Shown here: positions 27,101-36,520 of the stretch, in pieces
Numbering within the stretch: position 1 is the first letter of the stretch
Layout of the letters: every line of letters begins with the position of its first letter
IMG/VR virus record: IMGVR_UViG_3300049491_000716
Coordinates: 16,305 to 80,304 of that record
DNA: 64,000 nucleotides
Reading direction: 5' to 3' (one strand)
Source of the DNA: a virus
Notes under the pieces: model-generated
What the model was told of the DNA's origin: nothing
Databases searched by the model: none
What the model saw: the letters and a program-made list of their open reading frames with translations, nothing else
Position numbers and translations under genes: made by a program

Positions 27101-29870
27101 GCGCGACGCTCAGGAAGTTGAGCGAGCGGTTGTGCTCCGTCGCCCATGCTACGACATCGCGCGACATGCTGGCGAAGTCGCCCGCCACTTCTTGCGCCGT
27201 CTTGCCGGTTGCCGCACCGTAGCGCGCCGCGGCTTCCGTAGCTGAGCCAAGAACACGCGGGCCAACTTCGCCGGTGCTGATAAGTGCTTGGCCGAACTTG
27301 CGGGCCGTGCTGGCGCTAATCTCGCCAGTCGCCGCAACGCTCTTGGCGAGTGCGTTGAACTGGCCTTCCGTGACACCAGCGTAGCCGCCGGTGAGCACCA
27401 AGCTGTCTGCAAAGGCTTTGCTCTGCTTGCTGCCTTCATAAAAGGCAAAGGCTGTAGCAGTAGCCGCAGCAGCAACACCACCAAGCGCAAGGCGAAGCGG
27501 CGTTACAAAGCTCAGCAAGCCTTTGAAGAATGCCCCGACACCGCCGCCTTGTGCGCCCGGCCCGGTGAAGGCGTCAATGACCTGCCCACCCTGTTGCAGC
27601 AGGATGGTGAGCGGAGAGATGCCGCTGGCCGCGGACGCCGCGATGTCGCCGATCGTGTACTGCAGGGTCAGCAGTTGATTGCGTGACGCGAAGGCCGACT
27701 TGCCGAGTTGGCCGGTGCGCGCATCGAAGGCGGCGATCTTGGCGATCGCGGCTTCGGCTTCCTTGCTGAGGCCACGTTCGGCGGCTTGCAGTTGAAGGAT
27801 TTCAACGCGGGTCTTGCCGGCGGCGACGGCTTCGCGCTCAAGTTGCGCCAAGAAGGCCGTGTTGCCGCTGGTGACGGCGTCCTGTCTGGCCTTCGCTGCC
27901 GCCAACTCTTGATTGGCCGTCGTCAGACGTTGCAGTTCAGCGATGGCAGCGGCCGTCTCTGTCGTCAGCCCCTTCTCGGCGGCACGCAGCGCCAGCACTT
28001 CGGTTGCCGTCTTGCCGAATTCCTCGGACAGCCGACGCTGCGTCAGGATCTGCGCTTCGATGCTGGCGACGAACTCGGTGTTGCCGGTTGCCTTGATTTC
28101 GGCAGCAGCGACACCGGCATTCACGCCGGCGCGGGCGGCGCGCAGCGTCAGCAGTTCCTCGCGGGTCTTGCCAATCTCTTCGCGTTCACGGACCAGGTCG
28201 CGGATGAACTGATCGGCCGGCGTGGTCGGTGCCTGCACGCCTCCGAGTGATGCGTTGGCCTCCTTCAGCGCCTTGAGTTGCGCAATGGCCGGCGCCAGCG
28301 ACTCGCCGAGCCCGCGCTGCGCGGCTTCGAGTTGCAGGATCTCGATTTCGGTCTTGCCGAACTCGGCGGCGAGTTTCTGCTGGGCGGCAATCTCGGCCTG
28401 CACGCGAGCCACGAAGCCATCGGAAGCCGCCTTGGCTTCGTCGGCGCGACGTGCGGCTGCCGCCACGTCTTCGTAGGCTTTCTGTTCGCGTTGCAGCGCC
28501 GCAATGGCCGCCGCGTTCTCGGCGCCGGTGCCCTGTTGGGCGGCGCGAAGTTGCAGGATCTCGGCGGCTGTCTTGCCGAACTCTTCGCGGAGTGCGCGGA
28601 CCTTCAGAGTCTGCGCAGCAATGTCCGCCGTGAGTTCGGCCTTGCCGAGCCCGGTGATCAGTGGCTCGGCTTGTTGCGAGCGACCGACGGCAGCGGCTTC
28701 GAGACGCAGTTTCTCTTCGCGCGTCTTGCCGATGGCGAAGACCTGCGCGTTCAGGTTCTGGATGAAGCGGTTGCCGGCCTCGATCTCGGCATCGTTCTGC
28801 GTGGCTTGGCGAGCCGTGTCGCCGAGCTTCACGTAGCCGGTAGTCAGGACTTCGATGCGTGCCTGCATCGCCTGGAATGCGTTGGCGCGCAGCCGCGTGC
28901 CTTCCACAACCGCGGCGGCGGCGGCCTTCTCTTCGGCGATCTGCTTTTGTTGGCTGACGAAGGCCGGTTGCTGCTCGACCAACTTCGTCTTGGCCTGCAG
29001 GAACTCGGGGCCCGTCAACTTGTCTTTGGCGAGCAGCGCCTCGAGGTCTTTGAGTTGCTGGCGGTACGAGGCCGAGATTCCGTTGTTGGCGTCGATGACC
29101 TTTTGGGCGGCGGCGACTTCAGCTTGGCGCTGCTGGACAACTGGCTGTGCACTGACTAGCTTGGCGCCCTCTTCGCGGAACTTGGCCGGCGTGATGTCTC
29201 CGGCATCCCGCAGAGCGCGCAGCGATTGCAACTGCGTGCGGTAACTGGCGCTCAACCCATTCTGGGCATCGGTGAGTTTCTGGATCGCCGCAGCGCGCCT
29301 GATGGCACCTTGCTCGGCAACCGAGGAAATTTCAAGTTCTGCGGCCTTCTGATCGCGTGCCGCACGGAAGCCCGTAATGGCGTCGTCGCGCTGCTGGCGC
29401 GCGTTCGCCAAATCGGCCTTGAGTTTGTCGCTTGTGATAGCGCCAGATGTGCCTTGTTCGCGAATGGCATCGCGCTTCTGGCGATACAGCGCGTTGATCT
29501 CGAGCAGGCCCTGGCGCTCCTGCGCATTCAGGGCGGCCAGTTGCTGTTCGTAGGACTGCGCTGCAACGCTCGCCGCCGTGTAGCCCTCGGCGGCGGCCTT
29601 GCTTGCGCGTGCCGTGCCTTCCTGTTCGCTGAGCTTCGCCAGTTTCTCGCTGGTGTCGATCAGGCCGGCCTGCGCGGCCTGCACGGCCAAGGCTTCGGTG
29701 GACGTGCGCTTGAACTGATCCTGCTGCTTCTGAAACGCCGCCTCAACGGCGCGAGCCGCCCGCGACATCTTCTCGCTGTCGCGAGTGATGATTTGGGCTG
29801 CCTTGCCGCTGTCGCCCTCGAATTTCGCGAGCGCAAGTGTCAGGTCAACTGAAAGACTGGCCAAGGCCAT
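24186..29870 (-). CDS. Tape measure protein
   Basis: 1894 aa, Ala-rich helical; LLQQGGQ, FAKGG repeats, GEAGPEAVVPL. Confidence 0.95.
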   Translation of the reverse strand: MALASLSVDLTLALAKFEGDSGKAAQIITRDSEKMSRAARAVEAAFQKQQDQFKRTSTEALAVQAAQAGLIDTSEKLAKLSEQEGTARASKAAAEGYTAASVAAQSYEQQLAALNAQERQGLLEINALYRQKRDAIREQGTSGAITSDKLKADLANARQQRDDAITGFRAARDQKAAELEISSVAEQGAIRRAAAIQKLTDAQNGLSASYRTQLQSLRALRDAGDITPAKFREEGAKLVSAQPVVQQRQAEVAAAQKVIDANNGISASYRQQLKDLEALLAKDKLTGPEFLQAKTKLVEQQPAFVSQQKQIAEEKAAAAAVVEGTRLRANAFQAMQARIEVLTTGYVKLGDTARQATQNDAEIEAGNRFIQNLNAQVFAIGKTREEKLRLEAAAVGRSQQAEPLITGLGKAELTADIAAQTLKVRALREEFGKTAAEILQLRAAQQGTGAENAAAIAALQREQKAYEDVAAAARRADEAKAASDGFVARVQAEIAAQQKLAAEFGKTEIEILQLEAAQRGLGESLAPAIAQLKALKEANASLGGVQAPTTPADQFIRDLVREREEIGKTREELLTLRAARAGVNAGVAAAEIKATGNTEFVASIEAQILTQRRLSEEFGKTATEVLALRAAEKGLTTETAAAIAELQRLTTANQELAAAKARQDAVTSGNTAFLAQLEREAVAAGKTRVEILQLQAAERGLSKEAEAAIAKIAAFDARTGQLGKSAFASRNQLLTLQYTIGDIAASAASGISPLTILLQQGGQVIDAFTGPGAQGGGVGAFFKGLLSFVTPLRLALGGVAAAATATAFAFYEGSKQSKAFADSLVLTGGYAGVTEGQFNALAKSVAATGEISASTARKFGQALISTGEVGPRVLGSATEAAARYGAATGKTAQEVAGDFASMSRDVVAWATEHNRSLNFLSVAQFRQIRTLQEQGRAAEAQGIVYDALNLRFRGLEDNLTGLDKLLRGTANLWDKFWDAATGTGRAQTVEENLKRAIALQATLAKTKIVTEAPANGPIAPENTGDAANLRQGTEAAKAKAAADVLSLSRKKLRQDDNAFADAERASDTKDVAAFQERLKGLLVKAKSGAEYQKALNKIQEDFRKSASLGDPVSETDQKAALAQLKKDFTDTGAVSKSESEAERLRKARLASALKALEDELAAERVAVQFHNQELQAIYAAGGKSLIDFYAERNANTAKGVADELATLAAERKKLAEYRDLKTTSGSDKEKTQTEINASADKSAAIQIKAANDITLSNLEQVAAFKALGQQVNDYRASLAQLVGDEKTAADLRAQQQVAAARQLANQARPDIKTPGGVRRFESAPPVDVSGLQTALAITNDLAEAQRKVGIAAFDAARAETAFLLRATQDGLSLEAQEKQVFAIRGTLVDQLKVYADETEKLAQRERDAADAAGRAYNPKIIGEAADASLKYAQALDSVNPYITRLRGAGEDLGTGLAQIFSDAALHAKSFKDLLESIKDKAVQILVKEFYEKPLETAIQGQIRTFIDGGSGFAEFLKFGSRGNPKNDAGINATGAGFSAAKDTGLVGAASSVSGASADAAAATAATTASTGLTSVGTAASAAAPVISALTSEATTASLGVNAIGSESAASAIFISGFGDGIINALAAVELFASAVTAAAAKAAGGSAVSVFAKAKGDAFSGGSVMAFAEGNRFAADGIFPFAKGGAFERDAEPRAQKFAAGGQFTNRVVSQPTYFRFKDGGKSRLGLMGEAGPEAVVPLKRGGGVQGVQSYRANGRPGPVLALTRGPGGSLGVQAFAKGGAFASGTAGVRAFATGGSFYADPPSAETSPAKTPQVSGRAAGGGTNIVIENHGADIQKTQETGPDGREQVRLIIRQAVEQSRHAVAADIASRTGPAGVAMKAIGIPTGGNIPRRT

Positions 29871-29885
29871 GGTTAGACCCTCACT

Positions 29886-30157
29886 TCAATTGATTGGCAG
29901 CGAATCTTCATCTGGTGTCCTGTGCGTCTTGATCGTGATCAGGCGATCCGTGAGGCCGTCAATGTCTTCAACGCCGTATTTGGCCGCCATCAACTCAATG
30001 CCAGACCAGTCAACGCCGCCCATCCCATTGCTCAGTGCATTGAAGATGAGCAGGCTAACGTCGTCGTCGTGCGTGAACTCGGGACCGACTCCCTCAAACC
30101 TAGCGCCCGGCTGAGCCGCAAGACGAGCTTGCAGCGTCAACCGGGCGGTCAGTTTTT
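29886..30157 (-). CDS. Tail assembly chaperone, frameshifted (gpT-like) part
   Basis: -1 frame after slippery A AAA AAC; GGVDWSGIELMA. Confidence 0.7.
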
Positions 30158-30523
30158 TGCAGCCTTGTCGCGCTCCGTGATGTGGTCCACCACCGAATCC
30201 AAGATGGCTTGGCCAACCTTCTGCTGCCAATCGAATCGGTCACCGACGACCTCAGCCCAAAGGGCCGGGTCGAAGGGTTCTTCATCGCTGCTGCCAATGG
30301 CGGAGCCGATCATGTCGGCCTCGGTGATACCTTTCCACCCGGTCACGTACTTGCGCACGTGTTCCAAGGTGATGTTCCACACGCCCTTGCCGTCCGTGAA
30401 GGACAGCAGGGATGGGAAGTCGGCCTCGAGCGGCCGTTCGAATTGAACGGTCTTGCCCTCGGCGACTTCCACGCTCTTTTCGCGGCGAGCCTTGAGCTTC
30501 GCCAGCAACTCCTTCGCGGCCAT
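30149..30523 (-). CDS. Tail assembly chaperone (gpG-like)
   Basis: Between tail tube and tape measure; ends GCA AAA AAC TGA. Confidence 0.8.
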   Translation of the reverse strand: MAAKELLAKLKARREKSVEVAEGKTVQFERPLEADFPSLLSFTDGKGVWNITLEHVRKYVTGWKGITEADMIGSAIGSSDEEPFDPALWAEVVGDRFDWQQKVGQAILDSVVDHITERDKAAKN

Positions 30524-30526
30524 GGT

Positions 30527-31192
30527 TTAGGCCGTTTCGCCAAGGTACAGGATCTGGCCGCGGATCGTCACCGACAACTGGCCGGTGCCCGTGGCGCCCT
30601 GCTGCACCGACTCGCCCGGGATGGACGGTTGGCCGCGGAACAGACGCTGTGCGCCGCCCGGCATCGTGATGCGGAACACCATGAAGCCGAGGTTGCGCGC
30701 CACCGAGCGGATCTTGGCGAGCGCCTGGTTGTCGACCTTCAGCGAGCGGATGTCGATCGTCACCGTCTCGGCCGCGTTCTTGATGGTCAGCAGCTTTTCA
30801 CGGGTGTCGATCAGCGTGCCCACGTCTTCGGTCTTGCCGGCGCCGCCGCCCAGTTGGTACTGGGTGGATTGCGACAGCGTGGACCAGGCCGTGACGGGCA
30901 CGAAGCTGCCGGCGGTGAAAGCCGGGAACGACGTGGTGTCCAAGTCTTCCAGACCGAAGTTGTCGGCGGACGGCGAGCCAGCCGAACCCACGCGGGCGGC
31001 TTGGCCGTCCAGCGGGTCCATGCCGGTCACGTCGGTGAAGTAGCCAGCGCTGCCGACCGCCAGACCGTGAGCGGCTTTCGACGCCACGGCGGGAGAAGCC
31101 AAGCTCACAGCAGAGATCGTGACGGCCGCACCTTCGGTGTAGCCGATTTCGACCTTGACGCCGCTGCCCAGGATGATTTCGTTCGATGCCAT
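30527..31192 (-). CDS. Major tail tube protein
   Basis: Position; ITMPGG...LFRGQPS tail-tube pattern. Confidence 0.8.
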   Translation of the reverse strand: MASNEIILGSGVKVEIGYTEGAAVTISAVSLASPAVASKAAHGLAVGSAGYFTDVTGMDPLDGQAARVGSAGSPSADNFGLEDLDTTSFPAFTAGSFVPVTAWSTLSQSTQYQLGGGAGKTEDVGTLIDTREKLLTIKNAAETVTIDIRSLKVDNQALAKIRSVARNLGFMVFRITMPGGAQRLFRGQPSIPGESVQQGATGTGQLSVTIRGQILYLGETA

Positions 31193-31296
31193 TTCAATGA
31201 CCTTTCAGGGGGGAGAAACCCGGAATCCCGGGCGGGGTTGGGGGAAACAGAATGGCTCGCCAGAGACGGGCCGGTGAGGTGGTTGATCGGAGTGCA

Positions 31297-31328
31297 GAAA
31301 CAAAAAAGGCCACCCGAAGGCAGCCTGT
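31297..31328 (-). terminator. Rho-independent terminator
   Basis: AGGCTGCC-TTCG-GGTGGCC-TTTTTTGTTT on the - strand. Confidence 0.7.
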
Positions 31329-31519
31329 GAAGATGTGCTGGTTACGACTCCAGCGGCATGTCGCCCGGGTTGTTGCGCTTGCCAGTGCGCTTGTCTAGGC
31401 AGTAGGTGGTGACGTGTGGGCTGGGAGTTGCGCTTCCGGTACGCGCGGCGCCCGAGTTGCCGGTCTTGCAGTTCGTTGAGACCCCCGTCGCCGCAAGTCG
31501 CTTCGGGTGAATTTGGTGA

Positions 31520-31894
31520 TCAGATGACCTCGGGTGTGATCCAGGTCGGCACGAACACGTCGGCGCAGCGCACGTCAACTGTCGGGTCCATGCCGTCAGG
31601 GCCGTTGGCGTCCGGAATCAGGCCGGCGGCGATCAGCGCCGTCACGACCTCTTCTTCCAACTGGTTCGCCTGTTCGCGAGTCTCGCCCCAGCACTCAAGG
31701 TGATAGGTCTGCTTCTTGGCCATCAGCGTGTTGTCAAGGCCGAAGATGCGCTCAACCGCCACACTGTGGCCGACGATGAAGGGGTAGGCGTCGGTGTCGA
31801 TAGCGGCATCCACGCGGATCTTCTCGCCGGCCGACGTGGGTGTAGGGCTGCCCGTGGTCAGGGCCGCCACGACTTGTTCCCAACCGGTTGCCAT
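31520..31894 (-). CDS. Tail terminator/completion protein (DUF3168-like)
   Basis: YPFI...LECWGETREQANQLEEEV; position. Confidence 0.7.
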   Translation of the reverse strand: MATGWEQVVAALTTGSPTPTSAGEKIRVDAAIDTDAYPFIVGHSVAVERIFGLDNTLMAKKQTYHLECWGETREQANQLEEEVVTALIAAGLIPDANGPDGMDPTVDVRCADVFVPTWITPEVI

Positions 31895-31895
31895 G

Positions 31896-32387
31896 TCAGA
31901 AGAGTTTCAGTTGGTTCATGGACTGGATGTCGACGCCGAGCGAGTTCTTGATCTCGGTGAGGGCTTGGCCTTCAAGCTGTGCGGCACCAACCAGAAGGAA
32001 CGGGCGCGGCGTGTTGTTGCGCTTGGTCTTAAAGTGAATCCAGCGCCAGTAGTAGTTATCGTTCGGGTTGTTCTTGCCGCGATCGGCGCCGCGCGCCGGC
32101 GCCACGTTCACGAACACGCCGACGTCGCCGGTCTTCGCCGTGTCCTTGCTGGTCCGCGTCTTGATGGCGTCACGCACCGCGCCTGGCTTGCGGATCAGCA
32201 CGCCGCGGCGATAGATCGGATTGCCGAGCACGGGCACGACACCCGGCGACGCCGCCACCTTGCGCACGACCTCGGCGCCCTTCAGCAGCGCCTTGCGGGC
32301 GAAGCGGCGGCGAATGGTCGGCGTCATCTCGGCGAGACGCGCATTCAGGCGCTCAATGCCTTCAATGCTCAGTTGAAAGATGCTCAT
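31896..32387 (-). CDS. HK97 gp10-like tail completion protein
   Basis: IEGIERL...YYWRWIHFKT...PRPFL. Confidence 0.8.
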   Translation of the reverse strand: MSIFQLSIEGIERLNARLAEMTPTIRRRFARKALLKGAEVVRKVAASPGVVPVLGNPIYRRGVLIRKPGAVRDAIKTRTSKDTAKTGDVGVFVNVAPARGADRGKNNPNDNYYWRWIHFKTKRNNTPRPFLLVGAAQLEGQALTEIKNSLGVDIQSMNQLKLF

Positions 32388-32728
32388 GTCAGCCGTCCGT
32401 CGCCGATGCCGGCGTTGCACATCAAGTCCACCCACTCGTTCGCTGCCTGAACCGGGTTCACGGCGGCGATGTCGTAGGGCTGGTCGCGCCACAGCAGGCG
32501 CATCTTCGTCGTCACATCGGTGCGGTGGCGGATGCGGAACACGATCGTGCTCTGCGCCTGCTCTTGGCCGGCGGCGAAGAACTCCTTGCCGCGCGGCGTG
32601 TAGACCTTGGCCCAGATGCCGGCCGGCGTGTACATGATCCAGGCCTTCGACTGCTCGCGCAGGGCACCCAGCGTAGGGTCGCGGCGCTGCAGGTAGATGC
32701 GCTGGTTCAGGTCACCGGCGACTGTCAC
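32384..32728 (-). CDS. Head-tail adaptor (head closure)
   Basis: AGDLNQRIYLQ...IWAKV...FRIRHRTDV. Confidence 0.85.
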   Translation of the reverse strand: MTVAGDLNQRIYLQRRDPTLGALREQSKAWIMYTPAGIWAKVYTPRGKEFFAAGQEQAQSTIVFRIRHRTDVTTKMRLLWRDQPYDIAAVNPVQAANEWVDLMCNAGIGDGRLT

Positions 32729-33330
32729 GCGAAACCTCGGCGGATCTTCACGGTGTCCAAGAAACAGGTGGCGCCCATCGGAATGGTGGTCAACGCGGCC
32801 TGACTTGAAGCCTCGCGATTCTTGTACAGGTGGCCGATCGTCAGCAGCAGCGCCACCTTGATGGACCGCGGCATCGGGTTGTCTTGCGGACTCTCGCCGG
32901 GCGCCGAGTAGCCGACGGCATAGAACACGCGGATGCCGTTGGTCTGCGTGCCGACGTCATCCGGCCACGTGGCATCCGGCGCCAGGATCACGCGCGCCGG
33001 CGTGCTGAAGGTGTCGAGTTGGTAGTCGGCGGCCGGCACCACGAGTTCAAGGCCGTCCTTGTCCAGGTAGGTGATGTAGGCAATGCCGATCACCGGGCCG
33101 TAGGGGAAGGTGATCTCGGCAGGGAAGGCGGTCAGCGCCATCTCGAGCGTGCGGCCGCCGAGCGCGAGCCCGGTGTACTGCTCTGCCCACTCTCGGGCGG
33201 CTGAGATGAACAGCTCCAGTAGCAAGTCGTCGGGGTGCGACGGCGGGCTGCCGAAGGCGTCGATCTTGCACTGCAGCCGCGCTTCTTCGAGCGATACAGG
33301 CTCGTAAGTCGGGGCGGGCAGATTGCTCAC
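32725..33330 (-). CDS. Head-tail connector (gp6-like)
   Basis: EPVSLEEARLQCKID...AAREWAEQYT...IGHLYKNRE. Confidence 0.88.
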   Translation of the reverse strand: MSNLPAPTYEPVSLEEARLQCKIDAFGSPPSHPDDLLLELFISAAREWAEQYTGLALGGRTLEMALTAFPAEITFPYGPVIGIAYITYLDKDGLELVVPAADYQLDTFSTPARVILAPDATWPDDVGTQTNGIRVFYAVGYSAPGESPQDNPMPRSIKVALLLTIGHLYKNREASSQAALTTIPMGATCFLDTVKIRRGFA

Positions 33331-34013
33331 AGGGTTTCCTTCAGCCAGATGTCATCGAACTCGTGTGGCGCCCAGTCCGGGAGGAACGGGCCGCCTTCTG
33401 TGAAGTGCGCGATTTGCGGAACCGCTGGCTTCGGCATCACGCCGACCAGCCAATTCCATTCGTAGGGCAACTCGCCGATTTCGCTGTCGTGTAGCCAGCA
33501 GAACTGGTGCAGGTCGATGCCGCGCGTGTGGTTGATGGCATCCAACGTCAGGCGGCGGTTGCCCGGGTGGCCCACGTTGAACAGCATCACGCTTGACCAA
33601 CCCTTGCGCTCGTAGGGCACCTGAGCCTGGCCATCCATCTTCTCGCCGGCGCGGAAGTCGGCGTAGTGCTTCACAACCTGCACGGCCTTCGTGTAGTCGG
33701 CCAGCGCGAAGAGTTTGGTCACGTCTCCGAGAAAGACGACGTCGCTGTCAACGAACAGCGCGAGGCCGTTCTGCGCGAGGATCGGCGTCAGAAATCGGCT
33801 GATCGCGAAGCCAGTTGAGCATGGCGCGTTGCTTGTCAGGTCGTACATGCTGCCGCGCAGATCGGTCGGGCGGCGCAGCAGGCCGCAGCGCTCCAGGTTG
33901 TCGCGGTTCAGCGGCGTGATGCTCACCGGGGCCTTCGTGCGGCGCAGCATGGACTTCACGGCCACGTCGTAGGCGCGCTGCTCGCGCGGCTCGTGGCCGA
34001 TGTAGACGCGCAT
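33327..34013 (-). CDS. GT-A glycosyltransferase (GT8/CDI-like)
   Basis: STGFAISRFL, FVDSD (DxD), WSSVMLFN, LPYEWNWLV, HFTEGGP. Confidence 0.8.
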   Translation of the reverse strand: MRVYIGHEPREQRAYDVAVKSMLRRTKAPVSITPLNRDNLERCGLLRRPTDLRGSMYDLTSNAPCSTGFAISRFLTPILAQNGLALFVDSDVVFLGDVTKLFALADYTKAVQVVKHYADFRAGEKMDGQAQVPYERKGWSSVMLFNVGHPGNRRLTLDAINHTRGIDLHQFCWLHDSEIGELPYEWNWLVGVMPKPAVPQIAHFTEGGPFLPDWAPHEFDDIWLKETL

Positions 34014-34015
34014 GG

Positions 34016-34222
34016 TCAAGACACCTTGCCGTATCGCCATTTCATTTCTTCAAAGGCAGCCTCTGGGTCGCCTCCGCTGTTCAGCCAGACTTCATTGATT
34101 TCTACAGCAGGTGCACCGAACGCCTCGCGGCACTTTGTGTAGAAGGATTTCGCGACCTTAATATTTTCATAGCCGCGGTCCGGCCGGCGAGCAAAGGCCA
34201 ATCCAATTTCAGTCAGGCTCAT
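34016..34222 (-). CDS. Hypothetical protein
   Basis: 68-aa ORF with GGGG RBS. Confidence 0.45.
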   Translation of the reverse strand: MSLTEIGLAFARRPDRGYENIKVAKSFYTKCREAFGAPAVEINEVWLNSGGDPEAAFEEMKWRYGKVS

Positions 34223-34237
34223 GGCGCCCCCTATTGA

Positions 34238-34888
34238 TCAATCGCAGGTCATCAGGTAGTCGCCGCTCATCTCCTTGCGCACCTTGTAGCCCAAGGATTG
34301 AAGATAGGGAACGGCGTCGGTGTCGCCGATGCCGTAGCGCACGGCGTGGCCCTTCTTCTGTTCGACGCAGATCACCGGCTTGCAGCGTGCGATGGTTTCC
34401 TCGGCGCCGCGGAGCACGAACAGTTCATGGCCTTCGGTGTCGATCTTGATCAGGTCCACTCGGCTCAGCGCGAAGCTGTCCAGCGTGTGCATCGGGATGT
34501 CGCCGTCGCCGTCCACGCGGCTGTCGCCTGAACTGGTCGGTTCGGTGCGGATGGCAACCATGCCTTCGTGATCACCCAGCGCGCAGGCGTGAAGCGTGAT
34601 GTTGTCGCAGGCAAGCGTGTTGGCCAAAAAGCACTCGCGATGCGCAGCCACCGGCTCGAAGGCGTGGACTTCGTCGAACTCGTGCGACAGGTTGAATGAC
34701 CACAGACCCACGTGGCCACCAACGTCGATCGCGACGCGCTTCTGTTTGCAGAGGCCCATCGCAGCCACCTGCTTCTGGCCTTGGTAACTCGCGCGACCGT
34801 TCAAGTGCATACGCACCTTCGGGTTGGCCATCCAGATGGGGAGGTGGGCTTCGCGATCGGGGAAATACCAGCCGTCAGTCTTCAGCAC
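34238..34888 (-). CDS. FkbM-family methyltransferase
   Basis: AIDVGGHVGLW, AFEP, IKIDTEGHELFVLRGA; likely GTG start at 34888. Confidence 0.88.
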   Translation of the reverse strand: MLKTDGWYFPDREAHLPIWMANPKVRMHLNGRASYQGQKQVAAMGLCKQKRVAIDVGGHVGLWSFNLSHEFDEVHAFEPVAAHRECFLANTLACDNITLHACALGDHEGMVAIRTEPTSSGDSRVDGDGDIPMHTLDSFALSRVDLIKIDTEGHELFVLRGAEETIARCKPVICVEQKKGHAVRYGIGDTDAVPYLQSLGYKVRKEMSGDYLMTCD

Positions 34889-35619
34889 AGAATCTGCTCC
34901 AGGTTTGTTTGAACTTCGTCGACCGTAATGGCCAGCATGGATGCGCGGCAACCAGCGCAGGGAACTCGAGAGCCGCAGGCGCCGCCGGCGTGCCGCAGGT
35001 TGCGGTGCTGCGGATAGCCGGTGTAGTCGGGGTGGATGAACTCCGAAAAGAGCACAACCGCTGGGATGTTCAATGCGGCCGCCGCGTGACCGAGGCCGCC
35101 CTCGGCGCCAACGAATGCCCGGCTGACCGCCAGCACCGCCATGGCATGCCGGAAGGTCGGCGTCTCGACGAACTGCACGCCATTCAAGCGCTCGGTGGCT
35201 GGCTTGCCGATCTGAATGCACTGGCCGGCGTTGCGGTCCGCGAGTTCCTGCCAGCGCTCCCAGATCCAGGCCTTGTTGGAGCCCGGAACCTTGGTGCATG
35301 GTTCGATCAGGATGTGGCCGGCGTGCGGCGCCGCCCACGTTCGCTCGCCATGGCTCAGGTAGACCTCGCCGGGCTCGATCTGCCATCGCTTCCAAGTCCA
35401 CGCCGTGGCTGACTTCGCCGCGATGTAGGGCCGCACGCCGCCACCGTTGATCAACTTCACGGCGCCGCGGTCGCCGGCTCGGGCGATGCGCGGGTTGTTC
35501 TCGAAGACCTCAGACCACTGGTGCCGTCCGTCCCTGCCGAGCACCATCACCTTGCGTTTCGTCTCGACATTGAGTTGCCGAACCTGTGCAGTGCACATCA
35601 GCCAATCGCCGACGCCCAT
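34882..35619 (-). CDS. GT9-like (heptosyltransferase-fold) glycosyltransferase
   Basis: MGVGD, NNPRI, NK-x-W...WQEL, FVGAEGGLGHAAAALNIPAVVLF, CAGC...ITVDEV. Confidence 0.8.
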   Translation of the reverse strand: MGVGDWLMCTAQVRQLNVETKRKVMVLGRDGRHQWSEVFENNPRIARAGDRGAVKLINGGGVRPYIAAKSATAWTWKRWQIEPGEVYLSHGERTWAAPHAGHILIEPCTKVPGSNKAWIWERWQELADRNAGQCIQIGKPATERLNGVQFVETPTFRHAMAVLAVSRAFVGAEGGLGHAAAALNIPAVVLFSEFIHPDYTGYPQHRNLRHAGGACGSRVPCAGCRASMLAITVDEVQTNLEQILC

Positions 35620-35626
35620 GACAGCC

Positions 35627-36430
35627 TCAGGCGCCGCGGCGGGTGTACTTGCGCTTCGGGCGCTCCTGCTCTTGGCTTGTGGCGTCAGGCAGCAGGTCTT
35701 GCTGGGGTTCGGTGACTTCGGGTTGCAGGGTCACCGGTTCGGCATCATGCATCGTCGTCACGTCCAGCGCCACCGGTTCCGCGGCGGCATCCTGAAGCAT
35801 GGCGTTGAAGCCCGGCATCGTGTCGAAAACTTCGGTTTCCGTAGACACGTCGGCTTCGACGTGTACAGTTTTCGGAGTTTCCTGAACACGTCGGCGGAAG
35901 TAGCCCTGCCATTCGCCGCGCGGGCCCTCGCCTTCGGTTTCCAGGTCGAAGCCTTCGCTGGCCATGACAGCCAGGATGTCGTGCGGCACGTTCTCGCTGC
36001 GCAGGTCGCGGATCACGGGGCCGTAGGGCGGCAGGCGGATGACCACAAGGTCATCACAAGCCGCGGCCAACATGGAGCACACAGCGCTCGGGTTCTTGAG
36101 TTTGTGAAGCGACGCGAGCATCACGATGATGTCGTATCGCTCGTCTTCCGGGTGAGCATAGTGGTTCAGATTCGCCTGTTGAAATTCGCAAGGCAAGTCG
36201 CCGGCCAACGTTTTTGCAACCGGTATGTACCAATCCACGATCTCCAAGCCCTTGCAGAACTTGGCCCCAGCTTTCGCCAACTCCATGGAGATCAGGCCCT
36301 CTCCGGCGCCAACGTCAAGAACGGTTTTCCCGGGAACTTCTTTGAGCAACTGACCCAAGCCGGTCATCTGCTCATCAATCGTCCTGTCTCCGTCTTGCAC
36401 GCCTTCGATCTTGAACCAGCCTTTTTTCAT
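35627..36430 (-). CDS. Class I SAM-dependent methyltransferase with acidic tail
   Basis: GKTVLDVGAGEG, YDIIVMLASLHKL; GGAG RBS. Confidence 0.8.
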   Translation of the reverse strand: MKKGWFKIEGVQDGDRTIDEQMTGLGQLLKEVPGKTVLDVGAGEGLISMELAKAGAKFCKGLEIVDWYIPVAKTLAGDLPCEFQQANLNHYAHPEDERYDIIVMLASLHKLKNPSAVCSMLAAACDDLVVIRLPPYGPVIRDLRSENVPHDILAVMASEGFDLETEGEGPRGEWQGYFRRRVQETPKTVHVEADVSTETEVFDTMPGFNAMLQDAAAEPVALDVTTMHDAEPVTLQPEVTEPQQDLLPDATSQEQERPKRKYTRRGA

Positions 36431-36520
36431 TGTTTGCTCCACTAAAATAGGCGAGCCCCTGAAGCGTGGCAACGCGACAGGGGCCCTGATCACACCTTGA
36501 CCTGCTTCATAGGCCACAGC

